From an uncultured virus (IMG/VR IMGVR_UViG_3300025121_000021) (taxonomy: Duplodnaviria; Heunggongvirae; Uroviricota; Caudoviricetes), in the IMG/VR virus record IMGVR_UViG_3300025121_000021: DNA of 64,000 nt, one strand, 5' to 3'. Positions 49,396 through 60,616 of the stretch are shown here, in pieces (position 1 is the stretch's first letter; every line of letters begins with the position of its first letter). Under the pieces are notes generated by a model, which was not told where the DNA came from, did no database searches, and was given only the letters and a program-made list of their open reading frames with translations. The position numbers and the translations under genes are program-made.

Positions 49396-50022
49396 ATGAG
49401 TCAACAGTCAAGATTCGCAAAAGCTATTAGTGACTTCAAGTTAAATATGCAGATAGAAGTTGCTACTGCTGGTCTTCCTATCTTTGGTGGAGAAAACACT
49501 TTAGATAGTGTTAATATGGTTCTTGGTGGTTCTGCCGGTTATTATGCCGCAACAGGAGTCACTACACTTGGTGGAGCCACTATAGGTCGTGCATTTCCTA
49601 AATGGAGTGAGAAAACTCCAGGTTTTAATGGGAAGAGTGCTATGACAAACTTCAAAGAAGGAGTAGAGTCTTTCAAAGAAGTTCAAGGTCATGGCTTTAA
49701 AACTCCTGAAACTTGGAAGGCTATTAGACAAGGATCGAAAAGCTTTGCTAAAGGAGGATTAAGATCTCTTGGTTTTGGTGTTGCAAAAGCATTTAAATAT
49801 GGACTACCATTCCTTGGATGGTATGCTGGATATAGTGGGTTGAGCTATGGATTTGATTTAATAAATAAGTCTACTGGTGTTAAAATGTCTAAAACCGGTG
49901 GTAGTATGGAAACACTAAGAACTCAAGGTGAGTTTATTAGAAATATGCAAAAAAGTCAGGGTCTTTTCGCTATTAACTCTTTGATGGGAAGAGAAGCTGA
50001 ATTTTATCATGGAGGAATGTAA
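49396..50022 (+). CDS. Gly-rich hydrophobic protein, possibly virion/ejection
   Basis: Gly/Ala-rich amphipathic segments; located in the structural module. Confidence 0.35.
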   Translation: MSQQSRFAKAISDFKLNMQIEVATAGLPIFGGENTLDSVNMVLGGSAGYYAATGVTTLGGATIGRAFPKWSEKTPGFNGKSAMTNFKEGVESFKEVQGHGFKTPETWKAIRQGSKSFAKGGLRSLGFGVAKAFKYGLPFLGWYAGYSGLSYGFDLINKSTGVKMSKTGGSMETLRTQGEFIRNMQKSQGLFAINSLMGREAEFYHGGM

Positions 50023-51020
50023 TGGCTTGGTATAATACAGCTTGGAATGCTGCTCAAGAGATCGCAGTAGGTCCAATAGGCAAAGGTATGGCTATTGGAG
50101 CAGGCGTAGGAGCCGTTGGTGGTGCTACCTACTCCTTAGGTAGCGATAGGACATCATTCCTTGGAGGAGCCTTTAAAGGTGCTTTACTTGGCGCTGGACT
50201 AGGGTCTGGTCAAGCTACTAAAGGTATCATGGGTGGCGCTATTGCTGGTGGTATTTATGGTGGTATCAAAGACAACCAAACTATCCTAGGTGGGGCTGTC
50301 ATGGGTGGTGCGATTGGTGGAGGTATCCATGCTGGAGGCACACACTTAGGTTGGTGGAAAAAAAAGGCCGCTGCTGCTGGTACTCCTGCTGCTGAGTCCT
50401 TAGCAAGTAAGAACCAACGAGACATTAATCGGGAAATGGGTTCTGAGGTAATGACATCTACACCAGGAGATGTCGACTATAGAGGTTTATTTGATGAAGG
50501 CCTGCATGGTTTTCTTGCTGACAAAAAGCGTCTTGCTGCCGAGCGTGCTGCTGCGGCTGCCGCTCCCGCTCCTTCTGCAGTCGCTTCTCCTGCTCCTGTT
50601 ATTCCAACTGCTTCTAGTGTAGCAAATACAATTCAGGCAATTAAAGAAACTTCTACGGGAGTTTGGGGAGTTGCAGAGAGTCAAGAACTTATAGATTCGT
50701 CAACAAAGAGACTTAAAGATAAATATAGTAGTATGCTCAATAAAACATTACCTCCTGAGTTTGAAACAAGAAAGAATACTATTTTATCTCATATGCAACA
50801 GTCATTTTTGCCGACATATACAGAAGATCAAATAAACAAAGGCGTTGGAGATCTTGAGAGAGATTTATTTGATCTCTTTAAAGATGTAAGTGGGTTGAAA
50901 GCTGCCAAAGAAGCAACTAAAGTGGCTACAAAGTCATTAAAGGAGGGAAATTTAACAAATAGTCCATCTCTTAAAAAACAGCGTAAGAATAAACAACCAA
51001 AAAAGAATCAACGTAGATGA
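50022..51020 (+). CDS. Glycine-zipper protein, possibly virion/ejection
   Basis: Repeated GxxxGxxxG units at the N-terminus, Ala/Pro linker, basic tail. Confidence 0.4.
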   Translation: MAWYNTAWNAAQEIAVGPIGKGMAIGAGVGAVGGATYSLGSDRTSFLGGAFKGALLGAGLGSGQATKGIMGGAIAGGIYGGIKDNQTILGGAVMGGAIGGGIHAGGTHLGWWKKKAAAAGTPAAESLASKNQRDINREMGSEVMTSTPGDVDYRGLFDEGLHGFLADKKRLAAERAAAAAAPAPSAVASPAPVIPTASSVANTIQAIKETSTGVWGVAESQELIDSSTKRLKDKYSSMLNKTLPPEFETRKNTILSHMQQSFLPTYTEDQINKGVGDLERDLFDLFKDVSGLKAAKEATKVATKSLKEGNLTNSPSLKKQRKNKQPKKNQRR

Positions 51021-52981
51021 AAATAAAAGACGAGTTTCTTCACCCATATTGTAAACAGTGTCGCAAGGAGCGAATAGTTCAAGAAACTGTCGTTCTAGAA
51101 GGCAAGGTTATACATAAAAAAGGAGACTTTGTTATCGACTGTAGTGGCATACCCAAAGATGGGTATGTACTATTTGACGGAAAAATAATCTCTGAAGACG
51201 ATTTAAAAAAAGTTGGACAATTCTCTGAAGACCATATAGATTTAATAAAACAAATTGGCAACCCTGCTCATTGGGCTTACAGAAATATCATTAGACCAGA
51301 TAAGACTCCTTGGGAATCACGAGTGGCTCAAAAAGGAACTGCTTGTGCTGGACTTAAATATCAAGAGATGATGCTCCGTTGTAATGCTAATCGTATAGTG
51401 TGTAGACTAGGGCGGCGCAGTGGAAAAACGGATGTCCTTGCAATTAAAGCACTTTTTTATGCTTTCACCAATTCTCCCCGAGCAAGGAGAAAAGATAAGA
51501 GCAATGAATGGGCAAGAGGCTTAAGCGAAATAATGGTTTTGTGTCCATACAAAACGCAGGTAGATGAAGTTTTCAAACGAATCCGAGAATTTATAGAAAA
51601 TAGTTCTACTTTAATGAATTCTATTGCAAGAGATGTCAAAACTCCAATTCAAGAAATTGTATTTAGTAATGGATCTCGTATTAAAGGATTCTCTGCCGGA
51701 TCTAATAGTAATTCTGGTGCGGCATCTTCTCGTGGTCAAGACGTCCATTTCCTTATTATGGACGAAATGGATTATTTAAACCAAGAAGACGTAGATGCTA
51801 TTAACCCTGTATTAGGTACTGTTAAAGATGGTTGTCTACTAGGAAGTTCAACTCCCTCGGGCGCGCGTGGGATTCTTTATAACAAATCTAATGATCCTAC
51901 TTATAAAGAGTTTCATTTTCCTTCTCATGTTAGCGATACATGGACGCCACAATTAGATCAAGAACATAGAGTTCAATTAACAGAGAGCGCATATCAGAGA
52001 GAAATATTGGCACTTTTTGGAGAATTAGAAGCTGGTGTTTTTCAGCCTAAATATATTGAAAGCGCTCAGGCTCCGTATAATTATGCGACTTGTGTCCCTA
52101 ATAGAAATCTTTTCTACTTTATTGGTGGAGATTGGAACGACGAAAAAAATGGTTCTACTTTCACAGTTGTAGAATTTAATCCTTTTACTGCAAGTGCTAG
52201 AAAAGTACACGAATCTATCATCAGTAAAAAAGACTGGAACCAGTCTGCAGCAGTAAATGAAGTCATTAGGCTAAATACTTTCTGGAAACCAGAGTTTATA
52301 TACTTAGACGAAGGTTATGGAGCCTACCAAATAGAAATATTAAAAACTGTTGGTATTGCGGCCTCTAACAATCCAGAACAACACAATTTACAAACCGCAC
52401 GTTTAAAAGACATTATTAAAGCTTATAATTTTTCATCTACTATTGATGTCATAGATCCTTTAACAACAGAAAAGATTAAAAAGCGCGCCAAACCGTTTCT
52501 TATTGAAAATATAGTCCGTTTTTTTGAACAACAAAAATGTTTGATTTCAGATATCGATACAACTCTCATTAAACAAATGGGAAATTATATCATTAAACAC
52601 GTATCATCTACGGGACAACCTATTTATGCTTGTAGAGATGCCAACATAGGCGACCATAGTCTTGACTCTCTAGCCTTGGCTCTAGTTGGGATTACTCTTG
52701 AGAATAGTGACCTTTTGAATATTAGAGTTACGGATACGATGCAATACATGGAAGATCATAATCTATATAAAGACAGAGAAGCAACTGGTCAAGGACGCCC
52801 AGTAAAAGATGATATTTATAGTCGGCAATCTATAACAAATCAACCTAAAGAAAAACGGATTATTAATCATCCAGACGATTTTACAAAAGCTTCTGATGAA
52901 AAAGATGAACATGGCAATTTTATTCAGTCATATATTGTAAAAAAACGCAATCAACCTAAGACACGTAGAACTAATTGCTAA
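51017..52981 (+). CDS. terL: Terminase large subunit
   Basis: GRRSGKT Walker A, LIMDEMD Walker B, SSTPSG, GGDWND nuclease Asp, GDHSLDS. Confidence 0.9.
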   Translation: MKIKDEFLHPYCKQCRKERIVQETVVLEGKVIHKKGDFVIDCSGIPKDGYVLFDGKIISEDDLKKVGQFSEDHIDLIKQIGNPAHWAYRNIIRPDKTPWESRVAQKGTACAGLKYQEMMLRCNANRIVCRLGRRSGKTDVLAIKALFYAFTNSPRARRKDKSNEWARGLSEIMVLCPYKTQVDEVFKRIREFIENSSTLMNSIARDVKTPIQEIVFSNGSRIKGFSAGSNSNSGAASSRGQDVHFLIMDEMDYLNQEDVDAINPVLGTVKDGCLLGSSTPSGARGILYNKSNDPTYKEFHFPSHVSDTWTPQLDQEHRVQLTESAYQREILALFGELEAGVFQPKYIESAQAPYNYATCVPNRNLFYFIGGDWNDEKNGSTFTVVEFNPFTASARKVHESIISKKDWNQSAAVNEVIRLNTFWKPEFIYLDEGYGAYQIEILKTVGIAASNNPEQHNLQTARLKDIIKAYNFSSTIDVIDPLTTEKIKKRAKPFLIENIVRFFEQQKCLISDIDTTLIKQMGNYIIKHVSSTGQPIYACRDANIGDHSLDSLALALVGITLENSDLLNIRVTDTMQYMEDHNLYKDREATGQGRPVKDDIYSRQSITNQPKEKRIINHPDDFTKASDEKDEHGNFIQSYIVKKRNQPKTRRTNC

Positions 52982-53003
52982 TTCTTCTCAAATATAGTAA
53001 AAT
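52975..53003 (+). promoter_or_regulatory. Sigma70-like promoter
   Basis: TTGCTA-N17-TAAAAT upstream of ORF 53042. Confidence 0.4.
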
Positions 53004-54444
53004 TAATACTAGTCAATAATCATCTTCTAAATGAGGATTTTATGTTAAATATTTTCGAGCGAAATGTCGTTACTTCTGTTCTTCAAGAAAAAAGTGAAAA
53101 TGGAGATTTTGACAATCCTATCGTTTTCAATCCCAATGGAGACTATGGAGATAAAGTAGACAAACAACTTTATCTAACAAATGATGATGGTAATAAATAC
53201 TATGTTAATGTTTTTCTTTCTGCTATCCCTAAAGAATTAGCAAGCAAAGGAAATCCTAGCTATCCTCAAGCTCCTTTTAAAGTCAAGATCTTAGTTCAAG
53301 CAGGAGAACCTACGGAATTAGAATGGGATGCCGTAGAGCCAGGAAACATTGCTTCTGTTGGGTCTATTGGAGCGATCAGCGCACCAGATACTAGTGATCA
53401 TAGTTTTTGGGTGCGGCTTGAAACTCCGGCCAATCTAAGAATCGGAGAAAACCGTAATATACAACTTCAACTTTCATTTGAAGAGTTCAGTGCATGACAA
53501 CTAATAAATATATAGATGTTGTTATTATTTCTAGTCGAGGTTCTGCGGCAAAGCAGATATCCCAAGAGGATCGTTATAAACTAGAAAGGAATTTAGACTT
53601 TCAAATCAAACGTAGTGAAGTTTTAACAACTCAAACTATTCTTGATGAAAATACTATCAAAGAAGAAACGGGCGAAGATATTTTCAATCAAACAATAGAA
53701 ATGGGAGAAGAGGTTTTAAAAGATTTTGATATCATTCTTAGGGAAATGGAAGATCGCGGCAAAAATCTAACCTATGTGTTTGATGAAAATAAAAAACCAG
53801 ATCTTTCCGTAAGTGTTACTGCAGTATTTGGTTCGAATCTTAGAGATAGAATAACTTTTGAAATGTATAAGAAAGCTATTGAATTAAGACAAGAACTCGA
53901 TCTCCTTTTAGGACAACAACAAATGGATGGGAGTTTAACAGCTTATGCCAGTTGATCCTTTAATTGCGGCTACTACAGCAGGTGAAGTTTCTAAAGATAG
54001 AGATAGTAAAACTTTAACTAAACTTAAAGCTGATACTGACTTTCTTAAAGAAATGATGAACCGAGGTGACTGTACCGAGTGTCATAAATCTTTAAACAAA
54101 AAGATAGAAGAGATTGAAAATAAATACGAAACTGCTTTTTTAAAGTTTAGTCTAGAAATTACAACCCAATTGCAGGCTATTATAGGAGCTTTAAATGCTG
54201 CTGTTCTAGTTCCTCCTGTTCCTTCAGATGGAGGTGCGGCAAAATTCGTAGCATTAGGTACTGCCTTGAAAACTGTTATAGGAAAAGTTAATTGGACAAA
54301 ACAATCTCAACCTGTTCTAGTCGAACCTCCAAAAACGAATCAAGATAAACTCTATACTAATGCTAAAACAGAAAATACAAAATCTAAAGCAGGACTTGTT
54401 GCAGTTGAAAATGCAACAGGTGGAAAAACTGAAGGTACAGTCGT

Positions 54445-56337
54445 ATGATTTCTCCTGCTTTATTAGAGATTCGCGCGCACGCGGAAAAAATCATAATAGA
54501 ATACGAAGAGTTTATTCGATCTAAAGTGACAACTAGTCAAGATGCTATAAGTGTAGCTCTTTACCGAAAAACTAAAGATGCCCGCCATCTCACGTCTTTC
54601 CAAAATGATGTAGTTAAATTCTTGCGTGACCCCAATAATCCTTCTGCCTCTTTAAGTCTGTCTCCTGAAATACAAGCACAAGCCAAAGATAAAGCAACTG
54701 GAATATTAGATGTTGCTAAAGATAAAGTTAATAAAGAAATTGAAAAACTTCAAGATGCAGTTAAATCTAATTTAACCCCTGATATTGATCTTCCTGGTCA
54801 AGATACATGGGATAAAATCATGGACTATGCAAAAGATAGAGGGAACAGTTTAAAGTGGGACAATATTAAAGAGAACTGTATTCCTTGTCTAGACCGCGAT
54901 TGGGCCTTGTTCAAAGAACTTGGAGATTGGAAAAAACTAGGAAAAGATCTAGTCAAAGCAATGTTGGCTCCGTTCTTAAAATGGTATGAAGACATGAAGG
55001 CAATGATCCAGAAATTAAAGTCATTGCTAAATAATGATTTTTGGAAATTTAATATCTGTCGTTTATTGGAATTATTAAAAGACCTTTTTATGGGGCATTT
55101 TAATTGTATTCCAGATTTTATGGCGATTTTAGCCGCCTTATCTTTTCTTATGTTTCAATTGGCAAATAGCCTAAACATAGGAATGGCTTCATTAGGAATG
55201 GCGTTACTCTCTACTTTGCTTGCTCCTTTATTCTTCAAAATATCTGCTTGGCTAAAATCTATTCTAGATAAATTAACTGCTCCCCTCGAATGCATTATCA
55301 ATTCTATCGACCTCCAACTCTCTAAACTGCCAGAATTTAAACTTAAGTCTTTAGATGTAATGTTTAAAGGGACTCCAGAAACAGCTTCGAGAGAAGCTGA
55401 AGTAATTACGGCCGGTAGTGTAACTATGGCTCAACGTACAAGTGCTGATGGACAAATACGAAGAGCAGAACAAGATATGAGAGAGAAGCAAGCTAGGGAT
55501 TTAGCTGAAAAAGCTAAAAATAATCCTGCTCCTCCAGAACCTAAAGAGGATTATTCAAACTGGGAAAAGAAAAGTGAAGCGGCATTTCACCAAAAATTGA
55601 TTGACCGGATCAATATGCCACAAAGAGCGGAAAACCTAACTCAAACAAATAAAGCCGCGACCCAAAGAATGGTAGATGACTGGGCAGTATTAAGTGAAAC
55701 ATCTATGGATAATGTTGCTTCCATATTATGGGTAGTCCGAGACGCAATTAAAACTTCCAAAGAATCAATCGTAACTTACGTGGCAAGTCTAGAAAGAATG
55801 TTGGCCGATATCCAATCTTCTCTTAAATCTCAGTTAGAAGAAGATTATAAAATTCTAACAACTATCCAAAGAATTATTAGTCTCATTACCCTTCTTAAGA
55901 CCCTCAAGGAAATATGGGACAAAGGACTAAAATTTTGTGATAAAGATAAATCAGATATTAGCAATGAAGAGATCGCCAATGAATTAGTAAAAAAGGGATA
56001 TTTTATAGAAGGAGGAACTAGCAACAGAAATAATCCTATTTCAGTAGAAGAACTTTATAGTCCAGAATCTAAAATCAATTGGACTCCTATTGATAATTCT
56101 TCTTCTCCTGAGGAATTTTCTCCTCCCACTGAAGAAGAAATAAGAGACGGATTGGCCACCGATGGTCAGATAGATTTAACAACAGGATTAAAATTAAAAG
56201 TTGTGACTAATCCTTCAGGATTTAGTTCTTATCAGTTAGTCGTTAATCCAAAGACTTTTAAATGTACCGGCTCTCTAAGTAAATCTGAGTTTGCCGAGTT
56301 GAGACAAATGATGAGTGAATTACAAGGTGTAAAATGA
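54445..56337 (+). CDS. Large helical hypothetical virion-module protein
   Basis: 630 aa with a hydrophobic central stretch, between terL and portal. Confidence 0.5.
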   Translation: MISPALLEIRAHAEKIIIEYEEFIRSKVTTSQDAISVALYRKTKDARHLTSFQNDVVKFLRDPNNPSASLSLSPEIQAQAKDKATGILDVAKDKVNKEIEKLQDAVKSNLTPDIDLPGQDTWDKIMDYAKDRGNSLKWDNIKENCIPCLDRDWALFKELGDWKKLGKDLVKAMLAPFLKWYEDMKAMIQKLKSLLNNDFWKFNICRLLELLKDLFMGHFNCIPDFMAILAALSFLMFQLANSLNIGMASLGMALLSTLLAPLFFKISAWLKSILDKLTAPLECIINSIDLQLSKLPEFKLKSLDVMFKGTPETASREAEVITAGSVTMAQRTSADGQIRRAEQDMREKQARDLAEKAKNNPAPPEPKEDYSNWEKKSEAAFHQKLIDRINMPQRAENLTQTNKAATQRMVDDWAVLSETSMDNVASILWVVRDAIKTSKESIVTYVASLERMLADIQSSLKSQLEEDYKILTTIQRIISLITLLKTLKEIWDKGLKFCDKDKSDISNEEIANELVKKGYFIEGGTSNRNNPISVEELYSPESKINWTPIDNSSSPEEFSPPTEEEIRDGLATDGQIDLTTGLKLKVVTNPSGFSSYQLVVNPKTFKCTGSLSKSEFAELRQMMSELQGVK

Positions 56338-58352
56338 TAGAGCCTATTACCAAGTTATATTTAAACAAGTATTCTCTGTTAGATGCGCCTGCTGCTGTTT
56401 ATACTGTAAGGACTATTGCTGACCTCAAACCTGAACGTAAAAAGGTTGAAGGATTTATTGAAAATTCTGATATGTTCAGAAGTCCAGAATATAATTTTGC
56501 AGAAAATGGAAAGGCCGCAGATGTTGAAAGTCTAGTTAAACGATCTATAGAACTTAAACATACCTTGATGTTTAAGGAAGGGTATGTATTAGTCGGTTCA
56601 AATGCAGATCGAGTCGATTATATTAGAGAGCGTTTTCGTCAGTTGGGTGTTGCTCAACAACAACCAATGGACTTATTAATTCGAGAATTAGCGCGCTCTT
56701 TTTTCAGAAATAGTAACGCTTTTGCATTAAAAGTTCGTAACGCAAAAAATTCTGGTGGCAAAGTCAGAAAAGCTAATGGAAAAGATATTCAACCGATTTC
56801 TGCTCTTTTCGAAATTCCTTCTGAAACAATTTGTTATAAGAAGAAGAATAATCAAGTAGTAGCCTGGGGTCAAGACCCTCGGACATTAGATGGTTCTGAT
56901 CAAGTATTATGGTCTACTTATACAGTCAGCAATAGAGACTCAGGTGTATGGGGTCCAGGTGACGTTCTACATTTCTATAGAAGTCGCAAAGCAGGGTTTG
57001 TTCTTGGAACTCCTGATTTAGTCCCTATCCTTGACGATATTCGTGCTCTCAGGCGTATAGAACAAAATGTTGAATTATTAATTTATCAACACATTTATCC
57101 TTTATATCATTATCGGATTGGTACCGATGGAATGCCAGCGCGAGAAAATAAAGGAACAGATGGATATGATGAAATTGAGCGCGCAAAAGTTAAGATAGAA
57201 GATATTCCACCTGAAGGAATGTTTATTACCTCTCATCGACATGAAATAAGAGCTATTGGAGCAGAAGGAAAAGCGTTAGAAGTCCAAGAATACTTACAGT
57301 ATTTCCTTAAGCGCGTAATTATAGGGTTAGGAATATCTGAGGTAGACCTCGGTCTTGGAGATTCGGCAAATAGATCTACAGCGGAAAATATTTCTAAGAA
57401 TTTAGTTGACCTTGTAAAAGGTGTCCAGCGTGAATTCGAGATATTCATGAATGAGAATTTTATCTACGAGCTTCTATTGGAAGGTGGGTTCTCTGATCCT
57501 CTTTCAAAAGATAATATAGTGCATTTTCGTTTTAATGAAATCGATATAGACAAAAAGATTAAATTAGAAAATCACGAAATGACACTTTATCAAGGCGGTT
57601 TGACAACTCAGGACGAAGCACGAGTGCAATTAGGTAGAGATGTATTGAATGAAAGACAGCAAAAAGAAACATTCGTTTATTTAGTCGAGATTCCTAAATT
57701 AAAGGTAAAACTAGAAACAAATGTAAATAAGACAGAAGGTGCAAGCAAAATGGCAACTTCTAGAGCAAAGCCTAGAAATCAACATACAGATTTTATGGAT
57801 AGTGCCACAGATTCAGTAATATCAGAGTTAGTAAAAGAACTTAAAGATATGTCAAATTATTCATCTTCTAAAGATTGGAAGAGAATAATTATTGAAATGG
57901 CTGCCAGCAATTTAGCTGATATTTATCATGAGAATGTCTTGCTGACATTCAAAAATAACCTTAGACATCATGATCTAAAAAAATCAGAAGTTCAATCTAT
58001 GATAGGTATTGCGCAAAAAGAGATGGATAAAATCGTCTTGAGTTCTTTAGAATATTTCGCGACTAAATTGAGAAAAAAATTAGAAACAAATACTTTAATA
58101 GATTCTATTGATAGTCTTGATTATATGATTAAATTCCTTAATAATACTGTTCCTGCACAAACAAAAAATTATATAGTAGTCTTAGATCAGAGATTATTAG
58201 GTAAAGATTATGTTAAAATAGTAGCTTCGGATGGATGTCAAACTTGTCTAGATTATAAAGACAAGTTATTATATATAAAGAATGGGGTTAGTGTAACCGA
58301 CATCCCTCCATGGCATTTTAATTGTAAATGTGAAATTACACCAGTAGGTTAA
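56334..58352 (+). CDS. Portal protein with a C-terminal gpF/Mu-F-like head-morphogenesis motif
   Basis: Portal-like pattern (SNAFALKVR, VLHFYR, GLGIS..DLG..DSANRSTA, GLTTQDEAR); C-terminal CQTC...PPWHFNCKC. Confidence 0.75.
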   Translation: MIEPITKLYLNKYSLLDAPAAVYTVRTIADLKPERKKVEGFIENSDMFRSPEYNFAENGKAADVESLVKRSIELKHTLMFKEGYVLVGSNADRVDYIRERFRQLGVAQQQPMDLLIRELARSFFRNSNAFALKVRNAKNSGGKVRKANGKDIQPISALFEIPSETICYKKKNNQVVAWGQDPRTLDGSDQVLWSTYTVSNRDSGVWGPGDVLHFYRSRKAGFVLGTPDLVPILDDIRALRRIEQNVELLIYQHIYPLYHYRIGTDGMPARENKGTDGYDEIERAKVKIEDIPPEGMFITSHRHEIRAIGAEGKALEVQEYLQYFLKRVIIGLGISEVDLGLGDSANRSTAENISKNLVDLVKGVQREFEIFMNENFIYELLLEGGFSDPLSKDNIVHFRFNEIDIDKKIKLENHEMTLYQGGLTTQDEARVQLGRDVLNERQQKETFVYLVEIPKLKVKLETNVNKTEGASKMATSRAKPRNQHTDFMDSATDSVISELVKELKDMSNYSSSKDWKRIIIEMAASNLADIYHENVLLTFKNNLRHHDLKKSEVQSMIGIAQKEMDKIVLSSLEYFATKLRKKLETNTLIDSIDSLDYMIKFLNNTVPAQTKNYIVVLDQRLLGKDYVKIVASDGCQTCLDYKDKLLYIKNGVSVTDIPPWHFNCKCEITPVG

Positions 58353-58353
58353 A

Positions 58354-60603
58354 ATGGAAAAATATTTAGAGCTTTTTGATAGGGTGCTTTTAAAACCTAT
58401 CTCTAATTTAGAACCGCATAAACGATTCTTCTTTGAAACTAAAGATGCCACCTCTGAAACCGGCCACTCATTGATCGTTGAAATGGCAGCTACGTTTGCC
58501 GGGGTGGTAACTTGGCATAATGCTTTATATCTGCCAAGTAGAATGCGCAATTCTGTTTATACAATGCTCCCTAATGCAAAAAGAGATTATTGTATTCCTA
58601 TCCTAGTTGGACATGACGATTCTAAAGATCCAATTGGAAGAATCATATCTGCTGAATATATAGATACGACTAAAGGGTTAGGTATTACAGATTCAGTTAT
58701 AGAAGCAATTAATTATGGATCTCTCAGTGGAAAATCCTTACAAAAAGCCGTTAATCATTTTAGTAAAAATTATCTGACACAAGACAATTGGCGTGGAATG
58801 GGCTTTATTTTAGTCAAAGCCAAGATCACCGATCCCGATGCCATCCGAAAAATACTAGATGAACGTTATTTGCCAGTCTCTTCTTCACAAAGGACTAACC
58901 AAGCTATTTGTTCTATTTGCTTTCAAGATTGGTTGGACGAAGACGGAATTTGTGAACACAAGCCCGGATCGGTTTATGATGGTAAAAAAGCCTTCTTAAT
59001 TGCTGGTGATTTTTTCTACAATGAAATATCTTGCGTAAATCAAGGAGCCAATCCATTCGCTAAAATTATTGGCGTCTCTAAAGATGAAATGCTGGTTGAT
59101 TCTGTTAAAGAAACACCAATGCTTGAATATTCCTTTAAAGCTTTCCGCCAAAAAGGTAGTGATTTATTAGAATTGAATGATAGTCTTATATTAGGAGATA
59201 AACAGGAGGATTTGATGAACTTACAAGACAAAGTGCGCTCTCTCTATATAACCTTATACGGAGAAGATTATTCTTCTATCTCTGCTAATATAGAGAAGCC
59301 CGAAGATAAAGATCCGGGTGCAATATTGCAGGCTTTAATTAAGTTATTAGAAGTTGAAATGTCATCGATGGAAGAAAAAGATTTCTTAAAACTTCCTGAA
59401 GATAAGATGACTGAATTACTGAAGACAACCGTAGAAAAAATGACAACTCCTAAAGCTGAAGTAAAAGATGAAACTCCTAAGCTTTTAGTTGATGGAGAAA
59501 ATGCCACCCAAATTATAGAGGATGTTTTAGCTGAATTTTATCCCACCAAAGACGAAGAAAAAGAATGTAAAGAATATTTAAATGCCCTTCCTCAAAAAGA
59601 TGGAGTCGAAATTGCAGATCTTATTCTTACTTCGATAGAAGACTTTTTTATAAAGAAATATGGCGAAACTGATATTATGGACTTGACAGATCCAGAAAAA
59701 GGTTGGGATGTCTTTAAAAAAGAACTGATTCAGGCAGGATTATTCGATAGTTTAAAAGACAAGGATCTATATTCTGAAGACGCAAAGTTATCAGCCGAAC
59801 AACGTAAGAAGTTGAATTCAAAGAGCTTCTGTGGTCCCAATAGAAGTTTCCCATGCTCTGACTGTCAGCATATCGTTGCGGCCAGACGTCTAATTGGGAG
59901 ATATAAAGGTCCTGGCTCTAAAGAAGCAATTTTAGCCTGTGTTAATAGAAAAGCCAAACAAATGGGTTGTGATAAGAGTGAAGATAAGGTTATAATTCCG
60001 AAAGAAGAAACCAAACAGGATACTATGCCAATTTTAACCCAGGAACAGAAAATGATTCTGATTGACTCCCTCAAGACCGAAGGTTTAATTAAAGCAAATG
60101 AACCCTGTCAGGAATGTTTAACTTTACAACAACATATAAAAGTGTTAAATTATTTACATGATAGCCTCGGAATGGAACTAGAAGAATTAAACAAAGAAAA
60201 CAAGACCCTCCTTGTTGATTCGTTAATTCAACTAAAGGCTATTGCAGAAGGTCCTGAATCGGTAAAAGATCAGGTGGAACTTATGAAAACTTTTGAAGAA
60301 CGTACAATGGAATCCTTAAAAGACAGTATTAACGATTTGAGAAAAAAGGTTTCTGTTAATGAAATTCAGAAAAAGCTGAACCAAGAAACTCCTCCTGAAA
60401 TTAAACCCGAAGATTCTCCTATTAAAGATACTGTTCCCTCAGTACCTAAAGTAGAAGATAAACAGGAAATAAAAGACGACGGTGATAGTGAAGCACAGGA
60501 AGCGTTAAAGAAATATAAGCGCTTACAGAAGACCAATTCTATCAAAGCAGATAGGTTCCATCAGCTAATGGTAGAAAAGGGTATTTTTAAATCAAAAAAC
60601 TAA
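58354..60603 (+). CDS. Prohead protease fused to scaffold
   Basis: ILVGHD..DPIGR, VSSS, CSIC..CEH, EISCVNQGA; acidic coiled-coil C-half; between portal and capsid genes. Confidence 0.75.
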   Translation: MEKYLELFDRVLLKPISNLEPHKRFFFETKDATSETGHSLIVEMAATFAGVVTWHNALYLPSRMRNSVYTMLPNAKRDYCIPILVGHDDSKDPIGRIISAEYIDTTKGLGITDSVIEAINYGSLSGKSLQKAVNHFSKNYLTQDNWRGMGFILVKAKITDPDAIRKILDERYLPVSSSQRTNQAICSICFQDWLDEDGICEHKPGSVYDGKKAFLIAGDFFYNEISCVNQGANPFAKIIGVSKDEMLVDSVKETPMLEYSFKAFRQKGSDLLELNDSLILGDKQEDLMNLQDKVRSLYITLYGEDYSSISANIEKPEDKDPGAILQALIKLLEVEMSSMEEKDFLKLPEDKMTELLKTTVEKMTTPKAEVKDETPKLLVDGENATQIIEDVLAEFYPTKDEEKECKEYLNALPQKDGVEIADLILTSIEDFFIKKYGETDIMDLTDPEKGWDVFKKELIQAGLFDSLKDKDLYSEDAKLSAEQRKKLNSKSFCGPNRSFPCSDCQHIVAARRLIGRYKGPGSKEAILACVNRKAKQMGCDKSEDKVIIPKEETKQDTMPILTQEQKMILIDSLKTEGLIKANEPCQECLTLQQHIKVLNYLHDSLGMELEELNKENKTLLVDSLIQLKAIAEGPESVKDQVELMKTFEERTMESLKDSINDLRKKVSVNEIQKKLNQETPPEIKPEDSPIKDTVPSVPKVEDKQEIKDDGDSEAQEALKKYKRLQKTNSIKADRFHQLMVEKGIFKSKN

Positions 60604-60616
60604 TAGGAGTTAACTA

